From contig NC_068983.1 of NCBI RefSeq assembly GCF_001194135.2, positions 49,656,298 to 49,706,148 on the forward strand: a stretch of DNA of 49,851 nt, given 5' to 3'. Made by a program: the position numbers and the translations under genes. The stretch is from Octopus bimaculoides (taxonomy: Eukaryota). Positions 34,487-45,769 of the stretch are shown in pieces (the stretch's first letter is position 1; each line of letters begins with the position of its first letter). The notes beneath the pieces were generated by a model. That model was given only the letters and a program-made list of their open reading frames with translations, did no database searches and had not been told where the DNA came from.

Positions 34487-34660
34487 TCAAAAAATACCTT
34501 AGGAATGAGAACCCAGGTTCGAAATTTCCCCAAGACACCTGATGAAGACTGGAGGGTATATCCAGCCTTCATCGTTAACAACAAACAAGATGAGGACAAA
34601 TATCCGTCAAATGTAAATAATGTAAATAATGTACATAATTTCTCATGTCTTAAATATAGA
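34376..34660 (+). mobile_element. SINE family H, head-to-head with the previous copy; intact CTGATGA at 34539-34545
   Basis: TGGCATAGTGGTTAAGAGCACAGGCTACTAACCCC...(AAT)n...GACACCTGATGAAGACTGGAGGG...AATGTAAATAATGTAAATAATGTA. Confidence 0.87.
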
Positions 34661-35405
34661 ACATTATTTACTTATTCCTTTTAGCATGTTTTTCCATGCT
34701 AGCATGGGTTAGGTTGATATGTTACTGAACCACTACATGGCACCTTGGACAAGTGTTTTCAGCCATTTAAGCAGATTTGTTTAGTAGAAAATGCAAAGAA
34801 TCCTGCCAAGAACCATTTTTTCATTTCCTTCTTTCTTAAATCTTGCCACACCCATTCACCTAGCATTTGCACAATTGATCTAGTAATGTAGAAATTCCGA
34901 TGTGCTAAATTGTTTTTCTTAATATGTTTCCAGTTCTTGTTCCTTACGTTCACTAAACTAAATCTTTGCTGCCAACCCAACACAGCCCACCACCAATACC
35001 AGAAATTAATCCTTACTTCACTCCCCTGATAAGTAACTGCCTTAACTTTTCCCTGTGACTGCCATTGTCTTCTCGTAATACAAACATATTACTAATTCAC
35101 TGGCATGAAACTGTTAAGATATTTTGGGTCTTTGACTGAAGAGGAAAATTCAGCTGTGAATGTTCCATGTATCTTGTCGTTGTCGAATTTTCCATCCGTT
35201 TAGTTTTTGTCTACTTTCTTGTTTACTCTGCTTTCATCTAATTTTCCTCCTCCTTGTATTCTCTCTGTTCAACCCTTGACACATCCATGTAGCACAATGC
35301 ATGTCATTTGTTTACTTTGATTACTAATTCATACCTCTCTCTATCTCTCTTCCATTCTCCCTCCCCACCTCTCTCTCTCTACATGCACACATGCACATAT
35401 ACATA

Positions 35406-35827
35406 GAGTGAGTATTTACAAAAAACAAAAGATGAAGATGGGTGTGTAAGCAACAAACAGATGTATTAGTTTAATGCTCAGGAAGTGAGAAAGTCTTTTA
35501 TGTTTCGAGCCTACGCTCTTCGACAGAAAGGAACATAGAAATAAACAGGGAGAGAAAATAGGAAAAGGTTTAGTGGTTAGTGATCAATCATGGCGACTGC
35601 TGGACACATATATATATGATAGATCGCTAATGACTACACACATTTTATTCTCTCCTTTTTCTTCTCTCCTTTATTTTCTCTCCTTGTTTCTTTCTGTGTT
35701 CCTTTATATGGAAGAGCAGAGGCTCGAAACATTAGAGACTTTTTCAATTCCCGAGCGTTATGCTAATATCTCTATTTGTTTTATACACCGCCTGTCTTCG
35801 TCTGTTTATTTTTTTGTGAATTCTCCC
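35406..35827. mobile_element. ~420-bp palindromic element (two inverted copies of a ~180-200 bp unit) with hammerhead-like motif
   Basis: 35406-35585 is the reverse complement of 35622-35827. Motif CTTT-CTGTCGA-A-GAGC-GTAG-GCTC-GAAAC-ATA-AAAG on minus at 35495-35530. A further partial copy lies at 48261-48320. Confidence 0.7.
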
Positions 35828-36390
35828 TATATATATATATATATACATACAGGCCTTATATGTAAAGACTGATCTCTCAATGAAAAATGCACATTAATTT
35901 TCCTTGCCAATAGTTAGCAACATGCACACAAACACATGCATATATATATATATTACATTTATTTCTTGTACAAGTCTTGACATTTCCCTTCCATATTCTT
36001 CTGCTAACAGGAAAAAAATTACTTGTACACTTGCTTGAAGACTTCCCAGGCATATCACCATTTTTGACAGCATCTCAATTTCTTTCAATTTATTTATTTA
36101 TTTATTTATTTCTCAATGACAGAACAGTGGCTGAAGCAGATTCTAACATTCTATTGATCCACTGTTCTTGAATGTTACTTTATATATTCACTCTTGAATA
36201 GTGAGAGGCATTCTTGACTAAAACAAGATTTGAAGTTAGAGCTCAGCAGTCTAAAATATATAAACCTCACAGTCTATTCAATGAATTCACGGCACTACTA
36301 ACACTACTAATTCATAGCTCACTCTTTCTCCCTCCCTCTCTCTGTTTCTCCCTCCCTCTCTCTCTCCATTTCTATATAAGGAAAAAAAGT

Positions 36391-36726
36391 AAAGACCCTT
36401 TTGGTCATTCACGACCATGGATTTGCCCCTTGAGAGTTACCCTCTGTAGCACAAGTTCAGGCAAGGTCATTTATGGAAGACCAACAGTCACCCATGCATA
36501 CCAGCCTACCCTCTCCACACCACTGACGTTATCCAAGGTGAAGGAAAAGGGGCTGATACAGCTTGGCAGCAGTGATGTCACAATTCATTTCTACAACTGA
36601 ATGAACTGGAACACCGTGAAGTAAAGTGCCTTGCTTAAGAGCACAACACAGCTCGGTCTGGGAACTGAACTCTCAATCTCACAACCTTGAGCTTGTTATT
36701 CTAATGACTGAGGCTTGTGCCTTTAC
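36391..36726 (-). mobile_element. tRNA-derived SINE, distinct family
   Basis: Decayed head at the right end (GGAACTGAACTC corresponds to a B box on minus) and central AAGTGCCTTGCTTAAGAGCACAAC. The tail matches 27435-27504. Confidence 0.65.
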
Positions 36727-36860
36727 TGACTGTATGGTAAGTAGCTTGCTTACCAGCCACATGGTTCCAGGTTCAGTCCCACTGATGGCAAGTGTTTTTT
36801 ACTATAGCCTTGGGCTGACCAAAGACTTGTGAGTGGATTTGGTTGGCAGAAACTGAAAGA
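36727..36860 (+). mobile_element. SINE family C head fragment
   Basis: Tandem with the following C copy. Confidence 0.8.
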
Positions 36861-36868
36861 TGCTCATT

Positions 36869-37785
36869 AGGCACAGGTGTGACTGTGTGGTAAGTAGTTT
36901 GCTTACCAACCACATGGTTCTGGGTTCATTCCCACTGCATGGCACCTTGGGCAAGTGTCTTTTACTATAGCCTTGGACTGACCAAAGCCTTGTGAGTGGA
37001 TTTGGTAGAGGGAAACTGAAAGAAGCCCGTCGTATATATGTATATATATATATATATAAATATATATTTAAATATANNNNNNNNNNNNNNNNNNNNNNNN
37101 NNNNNNNNNNNNNNNNNNNNNNNNNNNNNNNNNNNNNNNNNNNNNNNNNNNNNNNNNNNNNNNNNNNNNNNNNNNNNNNNNNNNNNNNNNNNNNNNNNNN
37201 NNNNNNNNNNNNNNNNNNNNNNNNNNNNNNNNNNNNNNNNNNNNNNNNNNNNNNNNNNNNNNNNNNNNNNNNNNNNNNNNNNNNNNNNNNNNNNNNNNNN
37301 NNNNNNNNNNNNNNNNNNNNNNNNNNNNNNNNNNNNNNNNNNNNNNNNNNNNNNNNNNNNNNNNNNNNNNNNNNNNNNNNNNNNNNNNNNNNNNNNNNNN
37401 NNNNNNNNNNNNNNNNNNNNNNNNNNNNNNNNNNNNNNNNNNNNNNNNNNNNNNNNNNNNNNNNNNNNNNNNNNNNNNNNNNNNNNNNNNNNNNNNNNNN
37501 NNNNNNNNNNNNNNNNNNNNNNNNNNNNNNNNNNNNNNNNNNNNNNNNNNNNNNNNNNNNNNNNNNNNNNNNNNNNNNNNNNNNNNNNNNNNNNNTATAT
37601 ATATCACTTAATAACCAATGCTGGTGTGTTTACATCCCCATAACTTAGCAGTTCGGCAAAAGAGACCAATAGAATAAATACTAAGCTTACAAAGAATAAA
37701 CCCTGGGGCCGATTTGTTCGACTAAAAGTGTTACTCCAGTATGGCTGCAGTCAAATGCCTGAAACAAGTAAAAGAATGAAAGAAT
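36869..37785 (+). mobile_element. SINE family C spanning gap 37077-37595
   Basis: Head at 36869-37030, internal (TA)n and gap, tail CCAATGCTGGTGTGTTTACATCCC...GAAACAAGTAAAAGAATGAAAGA. Confidence 0.83.
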
Positions 37786-39121
37786 ATATAGGCCTATATT
37801 TAAAGATTGATTTCCCAAAGAAAAATGCATGTTAATTTTCCTTGCCAATAATTAGTGACAATACACACACCTTCAAATAAATATCTGATCTTATAAAGGT
37901 ATTAATATGACCCACTACTACCTGCCCACTTACTTTTGTCTAGTAGCTGGTTACCGTTAATATAAACACCTCTTATGAATATAAAAAAGAAAGAATGCTT
38001 GAAATGCTAATGGTTGTTTTAAAACAAAAGAAAATATTCATATATTTAATAAAACTGATAAAATAATTAATTCCTAAACGCATCTATCTGACTGTTTGCT
38101 TCAACAGAAGTGTATTTCCTTTTAAACAGTGTGATAATCTTAATAAAATAATGACTTATTGTTTATCTTCAATGACAATGTCAATAATATTGTTCATACA
38201 TCAACATTTAACTTGACAACACACAAAGAATAAATTGCTTGTTTCCAAGGTGTAACACTAATATAAATCTATTCTAAAACTCTATTGAAAAAATAAATAA
38301 ATAAATAAATAAATAAATGAAACAAAAGAAAACAAACAAAAAAACGGTGCTGTTATATAACATAACTGAATAATATCACTTGTATAGTTTTTGCTTCATT
38401 AGTTCTGCTTCAGAGAAAATGGCTCTAATGTAAAGGGAATTGTATTATTATTTTTTTATATTTAATATTTTATACATAATGATATATACCCACACACATA
38501 TATATATATATTAAACTACAGAAAAGTTGAAGGAAAAATTAGAAGTCATTGATGAAGTCTGTTCTGAATATGTGTCAAATTATATTCCTGTCATCATTGA
38601 AGAGACAATCATCTGAAATTTATTACTTCTCAAGCAATTTAATTGTATTCACAGAGACCATAATGTATTTATGATTATAAAAATCAGTAATAACATTTTC
38701 GTCCACATAAACTATGTATGTAATTATTCTTTACAGTATTACTTTGCTACAACATTCATGATCAAAGACTCAGAAGGTGTGCTACTGCTGCTACTACTAC
38801 TACTACTACTATTACTACTACTGGGTTAATTTTTTTATGTGTGTGTGCGTGTCTGTGTGTGTGCTAGTCTATCTTGTGAAAATTAATTTCTTACGTTATT
38901 TTTTGTCTGCGTACCAAGTCAAAATGTTCAGTAGGTTGGCAATATTGTTTCATCTCTTTGTAATATGAACGCTTACATTATATCCAACACTAGATATTAC
39001 AATATGCTGGTAAACTTAAAACATTGTCTGACAGAATATCATCATCATCATCGTCATCATCATTTTAATGTCCATGATCATATTTATGTAATAAAATTTA
39101 AATACTTTCATTATTATTATT

Positions 39122-39327
39122 AGCTGGCAGAATCGTTAGCAATGCTGGATGAAATCTTTAGCAGTTTCTCACCTTTCGCTACGTTCTAAGTTCAAATTCC
39201 ACTAAGGTCGACGTTGCCTTTCATCCTTTCAGGGCCAATAAATTGAGTACCAGTCATGTACTGGGATCAATCTAATCGACTGGCCCCTTCCCCAAAAATT
39301 TAAGGCCTTGTGCCTATAAAAGAAAGG
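39122..39327 (+). mobile_element. SINE family A in an (ATT)n tract
   Basis: Homologous to 4556-4760. Confidence 0.85.
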
Positions 39328-39539
39328 ATTATTGTTATGTTTATCATTATTATTAATTTCATTAGCTTGGTGGATTGGTAGCATCATTATAACAGGAACA
39401 TAGAATTCTTTGCTGTCTTTGGTACAAGATCTGAAGGATGCTAAGAAATTGTTAAGTAAGACTGGAAAGGTGGAGTATTTAACAGTGCCAACACATATAC
39501 AGGAGGTGACCCATGATGAAACAATATAATATAGGGATT

Positions 39540-39900
39540 GAGGTCCTCAAAGTGATTTTTTTGGCTAGAGATTGATAAGATACTAGATCAGAAAGAGAAG
39601 TTACTATCAGAAAGAGACATCTGCTGGCTAGTGGTGGTAATTTTGGTAGATATAGAAGCAAAGACAACCATATAAAATCTACAAGCTCCAAATGTAAAAT
39701 TGGGGTCTAGAATGGAGTTATTGTTCCAAACAGATTAAGAGAGCATGGAAGCTATCTCTGACCTGATCTATCCTGCAGTTGAAGTCAAGGAGCCATGGTG
39801 TCAGTCATTTTCGCAGTATCATAAACCATGGAAAGGTTTTCTGTCCACTGCAAAGGAAGAAAGAAGGTCTTCTGCTACCAATGCCATTGGTATAATATCA
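39540..39900 (+). pseudogene. Possible decayed LINE ORF1-like relic
   Basis: A mostly open plus frame IEVLKVIFWLEID...RDICWLVVVILVDIE..*N..KLGSRMELLFQTD*ESMEAISDLIYP, then ..HCKGR.. in another frame, suggests a degraded zinc-knuckle ORF1. Recognition only, unverified. Confidence 0.25.
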
Positions 39901-40375
39901 ACAACATAAGTAGGGGCATAAACAACAACCAAAGCAGTGACACCACCAAAACAAATAGTAATAGAAGCACCCACAACATCAACAACAGTATAAGACACCA
40001 CTGGAGAGATAATCCATAATCTGATTTAACTCCTAGCTCTTGGTGTACCCTTAGTAACACATGTCCTATTGCATGTATTCTGGCCAGCTTTCTTGTCTGA
40101 AGACATCACTCAGCAGTCTCAGAAGCCCTGTCAAGGCCATTGGTGCTGTCCTTAAATTAAAAGTCACTACAATGTTACCAAGTGGCATCCTTACAGAAAT
40201 CATGTCTTTGTTATAGACTTGAATATGGAAAAATAACAATAACTATGAACAATGAAGATCTGTTAGTGATGGCTTCGGAATTATAAGAGCTTTGTGACAA
40301 GTTAACTTTCACCCTCAGGTTTTATAACCCAATTTCAATTTTCTAAGTGCTAATATAAATTTTACATTGGAAGGT

Positions 40376-40780
40376 ATCATCATCATCATTTAACGTCCGC
40401 TTTCCATGCTAGCATGGGTTGGACAATTTGACTGGGGACTGGCGAACCAGATGGCTACAACAGACTCCAATCTGATCTGGCAGAGTTTCTACAGCTGGAT
40501 GCCCCTCCTAACGCCAACCACTCCAAGAGTGTAGTGGGTGCTTTTTACATGCCACCGGCATGAGGGCCAGTCTGGCAGTACTGGCAATGGCTATGCTCAA
40601 ATGGTGTTTTTTACGTGCCACCAGCACAGAAGCGAGACCACTGCTCTGGCAGTGATCTTGCTCGGATGGTGCTGTTAGCGCTCCACTGGCATGGATGCCA
40701 GTCATTGAATTTGGTTCAGTTTTGATCTCACTTGCTCCTACAGGACTACGCAAGCTGAGTTTAGTGTCCAATGAAGGAAG
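40376..40780 (-). mobile_element. Family R element, 3' ~400 bp
   Basis: Near-identical to 13395-13740. Confidence 0.87.
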
Positions 40781-42642
40781 GTGGGTGGATTGTTATAGAT
40801 CAGAATTTCCTTTCACACCCCATCTCACATGTAACTGTTTTTGGGGGTTGCAAAGGTTGTCATTAATAACATGAAAAAAAAAAACTGATATTGATAAATT
40901 CTTAGTAATAAAAATTATCACAAATGGCATAAAATACTTCTCTGCCATATGACTTTTATTGAATAAGTGTAATACTCATTCCAGATAAATGAATGAAAAA
41001 TAGACTTAAACCTCTTTCCTTGTTTCTGCTAATTTTATGAATATTGAGTCTGCAATTCCATTACCTGATACAAAATTCAACTGAGGACTGTCCAGCACAA
41101 AAACAATATGACTATGACTCTTTCTACCAAAAGACTAATTAGATTCATTATGTTGCAGTATCTGTAATTTTAGCTCTTCTATCTAGAAGAAGGATTATTT
41201 ATTATAGTTGTGCTAGTCATTAGCAATAATCTAATTATTATCATGCAATTAATTTTATACTACGCTACCTCAGAGGTTTCTAAAATTTCTGTTCTGGCAT
41301 CCTTAATTCTTTTAATTAATATCTTTCATTTGATCTTCACAGAAAGATAAACCAGATGATGCCTGCATCAACCTGAAGAGTTTTTTCATTACAATTTTAC
41401 ATTCTTTATTTAGAAAACTCACATAGAGATATTCCCAAGTAATTTTCTTTTAATTGTAATTAAAATCAAGAACACACACTGAGAATATTTTAGACATAAT
41501 TGTTCACCCTGTAAATTTTATACACATTCACATTTTCAGATCCCGCAATTAAACTTTTCTGTGTTGATAAGAATATTATTGCAACCTGCCTTTGAGGTGA
41601 ATCTTAGTTTAGCTGAGTAAAACTTGCTTCTTTTCCAACTTGTTTAATAATTCTGTTTATGTGTTCCATGTAAAAAGTTTTGCTGTTGTATCTTCTCACT
41701 CAATGATGTAAGCATTATAAAGTTATCACTCTCAACATCTAACAGATCTATTCTATTTACAATTTTATTTAGCAAAAGAATAACTTCTCACCAGAATAAC
41801 AATCATTACAAAAGAATTTACAGCAATGCTTTTTCCACATGATAAGTCTAACTTCTACACCTTTCCGTTTTGTTTATTGTACATTTTTGGTCCTCTACAC
41901 TGTGCTTCCATAGGTCCAAGTTCATACACAAGTGTTAGATTGAACTGAGGTTATGGTAAGAAGACGCTGACTTGTCGAAAGGAGCTACAGAGTGGAATCT
42001 GACCTTAAATGATATATTATTCCACAAGTATTTTACAGCTAAGTGGCTAGAAGTAGGAAGGGTTTACAACTAAAAAAAAAGTACCAGATGTCTATAGAAA
42101 ATCATCTAAAAGAAGTTTACTTCCCAACCAGAAGGTCCATGGTTCAGTCCCACTGAATGGTAACTTGAACAAGTGTCTTCTACTATATCCTTCTAAGTGG
42201 ATTTGGCAAACAAAGCCTTGTGAGTGGATTCAGTAGATATAAACTGAAAGAAGCCCATTGTATATANNNNNNNNNNNNNNNNNNNNNNNNNNNNNNNNNN
42301 NNNNNNNNNNNNNNNNNNNNNNNNNNNNNNNNNNNNNNNNNNNNNNNNNNNNNNNNNNNNNNNNNNNNNNNNNNNNNNNNNNNNNNNNNNNNNNNNNNNN
42401 NNNNNNNNNNNNNNNNNNNNNNNNNNNNNNNNNNNNNNNNNNNNNNNNNNNNNNNNNNNNNNNNNNNNNNNNNNNNNNNNNNNNNNNNNNNNNNNNNNNN
42501 NNNNNNNNNNNNNNNNNNNNNNNNNNNNNNNNNNNNNNNNNNNNNNNNNNNNNNNNNNNNNNNNNNNNNNNNNNNNNNNNNNNNNNNNNNNNNNNNNNNN
42601 NNNNNNNNNNNNNNNNNNNNNNNNNNNNNNNNNNNNNNNNNN

Positions 42643-43069
42643 GTAAGAGAGTGTGGCTGCGTTTTTGTGTGTGTGTGTATGTATGCGTGTGTGTCTGTGT
42701 GTGTGCGTGTGTGTGTCGATGGGAAAGAGAAAAGAAGAAAATTGGGTTCACAGTTGGTTAGTTCTTTTCAATGATAAGTTTATTTTTAGCTTTTTAAAGG
42801 AATGGCAAAAGCAGGTGTGATCCTTTTGAAGTTGCTTTTCAAAGAGAATCTTTGGTGTCATTGTCTAGTAAGAGAGTGTGGCTGCGTTTTTGTGTGTGTG
42901 TGTATGTATGCGTGTGTGTCTGTGTGCGTGTGAGTGTGCCTGTGTATTTGAAAGGTGTGTCAGTGGGAAGGGGAGGGAAGAATATTCTGTTTACAGTTTA
43001 CAGTTGGCCAGTTCCTGCTGTGACAAATTCATGGTATTCTTTGGTATCATTGTCCAGTGGTAGAGACTG

Positions 43070-43109
<40 letters not shown>

Positions 43110-43834
43110 TGTGCCTGTATGAAAGGGGTGTAAAACAGAAGGAAGGAATTGTGATATCTATACAGCTGGTTAGTTCAAATTAAGTTGTGAGAGAAATATG
43201 AGAACTTAGGTAACTGGGTTCTATTCTTGTTGGTACAAAAATGTCCCACTATCTGGGTTTCTTGCCGTTTTTTTAGGGGGCTGTTGTTCCAAAGTTGAAG
43301 ATCCTAGATGGGTTGTGATCTGCATGTTTCAGCCATTCAGTTTTGGTGAGAATTTTGCTATGAAGTATTTCTCCATATTTTTCCGGAAGGAGGTATCATT
43401 CCTTGAGCATTTGTAGAAGGGAAAGATCTTAAATTTTCCTTTCCCACATGTTCCTAGGTGCTCACTCTGTGGAATTTTCTGTAGTTCCTCCTGTCGGACA
43501 TGTTGTCGGTGAATTCTGGCTCGTTGACATAAGGAATTTCCAGTTTCACCTATATAATTCTCCTTGCATGTGGGGCAGGTTATGCAGTATATTACATTCT
43601 GCGTCTTGCAGTTCATGTCTGCATTTACATTGAATGTGTAACCACTCTTAAATTTTATCTGTTTGTTCCCCTCTATATATTTGTAGCTGGGGTTGCTGCA
43701 GGTTCCACATCTACCATCTCCACACTCTTTTACGTAGAATTTGGTTTTATTCTCTGCTGAGAATTTCGCTCTTGTGAGGTGTTTTTTTAATGCTTTTGCC
43801 ATTCCTTTAAAAGGCTAAAAATAAACTTATCATT
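42643..43834 (-). mobile_element. 5'-truncated Penelope-like retroelement (Neptune-type) with repetitive 3' region and inverted 44-bp 5' segment
   Basis: GIY-YIG ORF. 43791-43834 is the reverse complement of 42770-42813 (1 mismatch). ~200-225 bp GT-containing tandem units lie downstream of the stop. Confidence 0.8.
43329..43802 (-). CDS. GIY-YIG endonuclease domain of a Penelope-like element (C-terminal fragment, no RT)
   Basis: LKKHLTRAKF linker, C-x4-C-x2-C (CGDGRCGTC), NVIYCITCPTCKENYIGET, RARIHRQH, and the terminal EKYFIAKFSPKLN typical of PLE endonucleases. The first ~4 codons come from the inverted segment, so the ATG is probably not native. Confidence 0.88.
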   Translation of the reverse strand: MAKALKKHLTRAKFSAENKTKFYVKECGDGRCGTCSNPSYKYIEGNKQIKFKSGYTFNVNADMNCKTQNVIYCITCPTCKENYIGETGNSLCQRARIHRQHVRQEELQKIPQSEHLGTCGKGKFKIFPFYKCSRNDTSFRKNMEKYFIAKFSPKLNG

Positions 43835-43836
43835 AT

Positions 43837-43970
43837 GAAGGGCATCCATCTGTAGAAACTTTGCCAAATCAGATTTGAGCCTGGTGTAGCCATCTGGTTC
43901 ACCAGTCCTCAGTCAAATCGTCCAACCCATGCTAGCATGGAAAGCGGGTGTTAAACGATGATGAAGATGA
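43837..43970 (+). mobile_element. Family R 3' tail fragment
   Basis: Near-identical to 31140-31270. Confidence 0.87.
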
Positions 43971-45715
43971 TATACACACACACACACACACACATGTTCA
44001 TGTATATATATATCTACGAGTGTGTGACTTTGTGTCTGTGTATGTCCTCACTTCCACTTAACAACTGTTGGAATGTTTACATCCCCATAACTTAGCAGTT
44101 CAGCAAATGAAGACCAATACGATAAGTATTAGGCTTTAAAAAAATACGTCCTGTGGTTGACTAAGATTTCTTCAAGGTGGTGCCCCAGCATGGCCACAGT
44201 CTAATAACTGAAACCAGTAAAAGATAAATGACAGATTGGTAATTAGATGGAGAACAGTAAAACAAATTCTCAAATCAATTTTAACACTTTTCCTGCCATA
44301 TTTTATCTGCTTCAGTAAATTTGTTTTTCCAACTAAACATTAAAGTATAAATCTGATGTATGACTGATTCCCCATTCACTGAAGCCATTTTATGACTTAT
44401 AACAATTACAAACAAGCCATTCACATTCTATTCGTTACATATCACCAGTTATCTTTCACATTATTAGTTTTAGTCATTTCACAAGTTTCCTTTAAATGCA
44501 TAATTTGTTTCAACCTACCATACACATACACACGTACACACATGTAAATACATTCCGCTAAATGCTAGTCACTTTTCTGTCTATTGTTATCCCCTTTGGC
44601 CCTTTACTTTTTCCTAATTGACAAACCATCATCTTTGACTGCCAGCGAAAATTTCTACTCCTAAAAACAACTGACTTGGCTATTGTTCAAATCGAATTCC
44701 ATAAAATGATTATCAAAATACAACTTGTTTAATAGAATATTTTCTCAGAAAATTTCCCTTCTTGTCTTTATTCTCTTATGACCTGCAATAACACTGTAAA
44801 CTACCTTTCATCTTTATTATTCTTGAGCAGTTTTAATGTATTTCTTATAACATTTTTTTCCCCCATTTCTTTCCACTTTCATAGAACTTCAATTCTCAGT
44901 GAAACATCTCAGTTCCAAGTAATCTCTTGACACAAAAATAAATTGCTTTCAATATAAAATTCATTAAACCTTTAGAGAAGAAGGAAAAAGTGTAAGTGTA
45001 CAATATATAAGTAGTTTTGTTAGTATCTATAAGTAAACTAATTGGTTTTTAGTTCCAACGCAATATTGAATGTAGTTTTATCTTTGATCTAAAATTATTT
45101 TTCATTGATCTTGTAACTGATTTAGAATTGATGGAAATAAAGTTCTGCTAGTCCCCCAGACTACAAAGATTATTTTGTTGGTAGAGCATCAAGTCAGCAT
45201 TTTAAATTTTTCTATGTCAAATCTTTGTTTTCAACTCTTACAGATGTTATGGATAGCACCACACTATAAAATAACAATGATGAGTTTTGTATACTTTTTA
45301 GATATTATCGAAAACACGCAACACACATTCTTATATACAAAACAAAATCTAACAAAGAGCTAATATATTATACGCAGACACCAGCCATTCATTGTATGGG
45401 AGAAAACTGACATACATGACAATGCTACGTGATGAAAATGATTCATAAGAACTTCAAAATAAGTATGAAAATACTTTTTTGCCAACTTTATAGTAACAAA
45501 AGAAAATAGGAACAGAAACAATAAATAAAATATGTTTCATAATCACAACATTTGCAAAATCTATACCAATTCCTCAAATCTCTGCCTTTGTTCCTCTTAA
45601 TAGAGCATTCAAATAATATTTTCTTTAATATAATTCTATTATGAAAATGTAAATATTTTACGTGTGTACCTAGGGGCTGCACTACAAGGTCTAGTCCATG
45701 TTGTGGCATGGTAGC

Positions 45716-45769
45716 TTGGGTGCCTCAGTGATCTTCGGGTGCCTCTGTGACCTTTGGGTGCCTCAATGA
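45716..45769. repeat. 19-bp direct repeat x ~2.8 (TTGGGTGCCTCAGTGATCT)
   Basis: Units start at 45716, 45735 and 45754. Confidence 0.8.

Larger units (their letters stand above)
42111..44228 (+). mobile_element. SINE family C split into head (42111-42266) and tail (~43971-44228) by PLE and R insertions
   Basis: Head GGTTCAGTCCCACTG...AAACTGAAAGAAGCCCATTGTATATA and tail TTTACATCCCCATAACTTAGCAG...CCCCAGCATGGCCACAGTC..GAAACCAGTAAAAG. The gap at 42267-42642 prevents proof of continuity. Confidence 0.6.

Noticed and set aside
38895-38953. Possible first coding exon on minus (MKQYCQPTEHFDLVRRQKI, donor GTAAGA)
   Set aside because: Short, with no homology or linked exon. Expected by chance.
45302-45393. 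Possible plus exon (YYRKHATHILIYKTKSNKELIYYTQTPAIH)
   Set aside because: Splice sites are plausible but there is no homology or phase link to the other candidates.
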